Origin: Chiloscyllium plagiosum
Lineage: Eukaryota
Reading direction: 5' to 3'
NCBI RefSeq assembly: GCF_004010195.1
Contig: NC_057718.1
Location: 9,868,872 to 9,932,871 of the forward strand
DNA length: 64,000 bases
Shown: one piece after another, positions 62,061-64,000 of the stretch
Layout: each line of letters begins with the position of its first letter
Position numbering within the stretch: position 1 is the stretch's first letter
Translations under genes and position numbers: made by a program
The notes under the pieces: model-generated
What the model was told of the DNA's origin: nothing
The model's database searches: none
The model's input: the letters and a program-made list of their open reading frames with translations, nothing else

Positions 62061-63536
62061 TCCAGTAGTATTTTGCTTTTATTTATGATCTGAACCTGTT
62101 GAACTTGCTTTTGAGTCTGGAAAGTTGCAAAGTTCATCATCAAAAGACAAGACACTCTTCATTGGTTCCTCTTTCTTCTGTTACCTAGGTAACTATCGGC
62201 AACACTTGTCAGTGCCCTATCGCTGCCCACCCAGCATCCTGAAATAACCGGCACACATTCCTGTTTAGTTGTGAGCTGGAATCCGATCTCAATTACATTG
62301 TGCAGCCTTGTTCCAATTCCTTCCACTGTGTCACCAAAGAGATTCCTCAAACCTTTTCTGATTGCTGCCTGCTTACCACGTGACAGTAGGGCGTGTTAAT
62401 CATTATGGTACCATAAGCTCATTAAATCTTATTCACTTATTGGTCCCTTCTGGTACCTCAAACATATGTAAATATAATCTTGCACAAGAAAGAGATGCCT
62501 TTAGTTTGTTTGTTGGATCGATTCAAACTCCAACATTTTGTTTATTTTCTTCATATATTACTAAAAAGAACTAAATTGCTTTAGTGGCTATCTATATTTC
62601 TTTATAAATAAAGTATATTTTTGAAATAAAAATGTTTCCCACATGTTACATTAAAACCAATGAATATTCATTTAAAATCATTAAAACGAACCATTTTCTC
62701 ATCTCCTGCCCTTTATTTAAATGCTTTTTCATCAACTCGAATTGATGGATACTTTGAGGGTGCCCCAGCTGCTCTAGTTTAGTTTAATCCAAGTGATAAT
62801 TAGCAAGCAAAAGGGACCAGAGATTGCAGATGTGTTGCAGTGGGGTTTTCTCCTCATTATTTAAATTGGAAATTAGTTTTGACCATTTGATCAGATTTTG
62901 CTTGGGTTCAGGCCCAAGTGGTTTGTATTCAGCTCCTGTTCATGTTAGCCAACTGATAATAAACCAGAAAGAGAGAAATTGTTTCCAACCACAACAGATT
63001 GCATTAATGCAGCACCTTGAACATCCTATCCCGCAGGCTGTTCAGAAGTGTGTTATCAAACATAATCTCACTCCGAGCCACCTATAGATATATCAGGTCA
63101 AGTGATCAAAAGCTTGCTCAAGACACTGTCTTGAGGGCGAATTGGAGAGGTTTAAGGAGGGAGTTCCAGAGCTCAAGGCCTCTGTCTGATGGCAAGGCCA
63201 CCAGTTGTGGAGTGGAGGGTACATAAAACGTTGAAATCCGATGAATACAGAGGTCTGAAGGGCTGGCGAGAGCTTAGGATAAGATCAGCCATGATCATGT
63301 TAAATGGTGGAGTGGACTTGAAGGCTGAATTGCCTACTCCCGCTCCTCAATCCATGTTCCTATCAGTGCATTCATCAAAACAGAAGCAGAAGTCCATGGC
63401 TGCTGGAATTATAAGTGTTGGAAATATTCAGCAGGCGCAGGCTGTGTTCGTGGAGAGTGAAACTGAGCTCTTATCAGAGCAGTTTATTGAATCCATTTCT
63501 TTGCCATTGTAGAATTTGAAACATTTCAGTAGATGT

Positions 63537-64000
63537 CCGACTAACACGGACATCTACTACAAATCGACCAACTCCCACAGCTACCTGGACTACACCTCCT
63601 CCCACCCTGCCCCCTGTAAAAACGCCATCCCATTCTCCCAATTCCTTTGTCTCCGCCGCATCTGCTCCCAGGAGGACCAGTTCCAAAAACGTACAACCCA
63701 GATGGCCTCCTTCTTCAAGGACCGCAATTTCCCCCCCGACGTGGTCGACGATGCCCTCCACCGCATCTCTTCCACTTCCCGCTCCTCCGCCCTTGAACCC
63801 CGCCCCTCCAACCGCCACCAGGACAGAACCCCACTGGTCCCCACCTACCACCCCACCAATCTCCATGTACAGCGCATCATCCGCCGTCACTTCCGCCACC
63901 TCCAAACAGACCCAGCACCAAGGATATATTTCCCTCCCCTCCCCTATCAGCTGTCCGTAGAGACCACTCCCTCCGCGACCCCCTTGTCAGACCCACACCC
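63537..64000 (+). mobile_element. PLE fragment (RT thumb and linker), running off the window
   Basis: DIYYKSTNSHSYLDYTSSHPAPCKNAIPFSQFL; closely similar to 31445-31790. Confidence 0.92.

Noticed and set aside
1..64000. CRISPR arrays, operons, rRNA or prokaryotic/viral defence systems
   Set aside because: Vertebrate repeat-rich DNA with no regularly spaced repeats or gene-dense segments.

Overview
Eukaryotic, repeat-dense DNA from a cartilaginous fish. This is inferred from HE1-type V-SINEs with HER1/CR1 LINE partners, DeuSINEs and shark-type Penelope-like elements; a bamboo or carpet shark is plausible but not provable here. No intact host protein-coding gene or recognisable exon chain is visible, so the window looks intronic or intergenic. 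Almost every ORF with a recognisable protein comes from a retroelement. Contents: many CR1 3' fragments, HE1 SINEs, DeuSINEs and L2 remnants, a 624-bp solo LTR with a 4-bp TSD, DNA-transposon MITEs, and Penelope-like element (PLE) RT and GIY-YIG fragments, one of which spans a 314-N gap. Most notable: (1) at least three families of short palindromic PLE derivatives carry minimal hammerhead-ribozyme motifs, several have long TSDs, and their fold-back points fall inside the ribozyme; (2) a ~3.1-kb single-ORF LINE has a tRNA-like 5' head, and its internal-deletion derivative occurs as a SINE several times in the window; (3) an unexplained 250-bp palindrome; (4) a speculative decayed gene for a two-transmembrane protein (TMEM74/neurensin-like); (5) several repeat-free blocks resemble conserved non-coding elements. 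Repeat boundaries are read by eye and are approximate unless a TSD is quoted.
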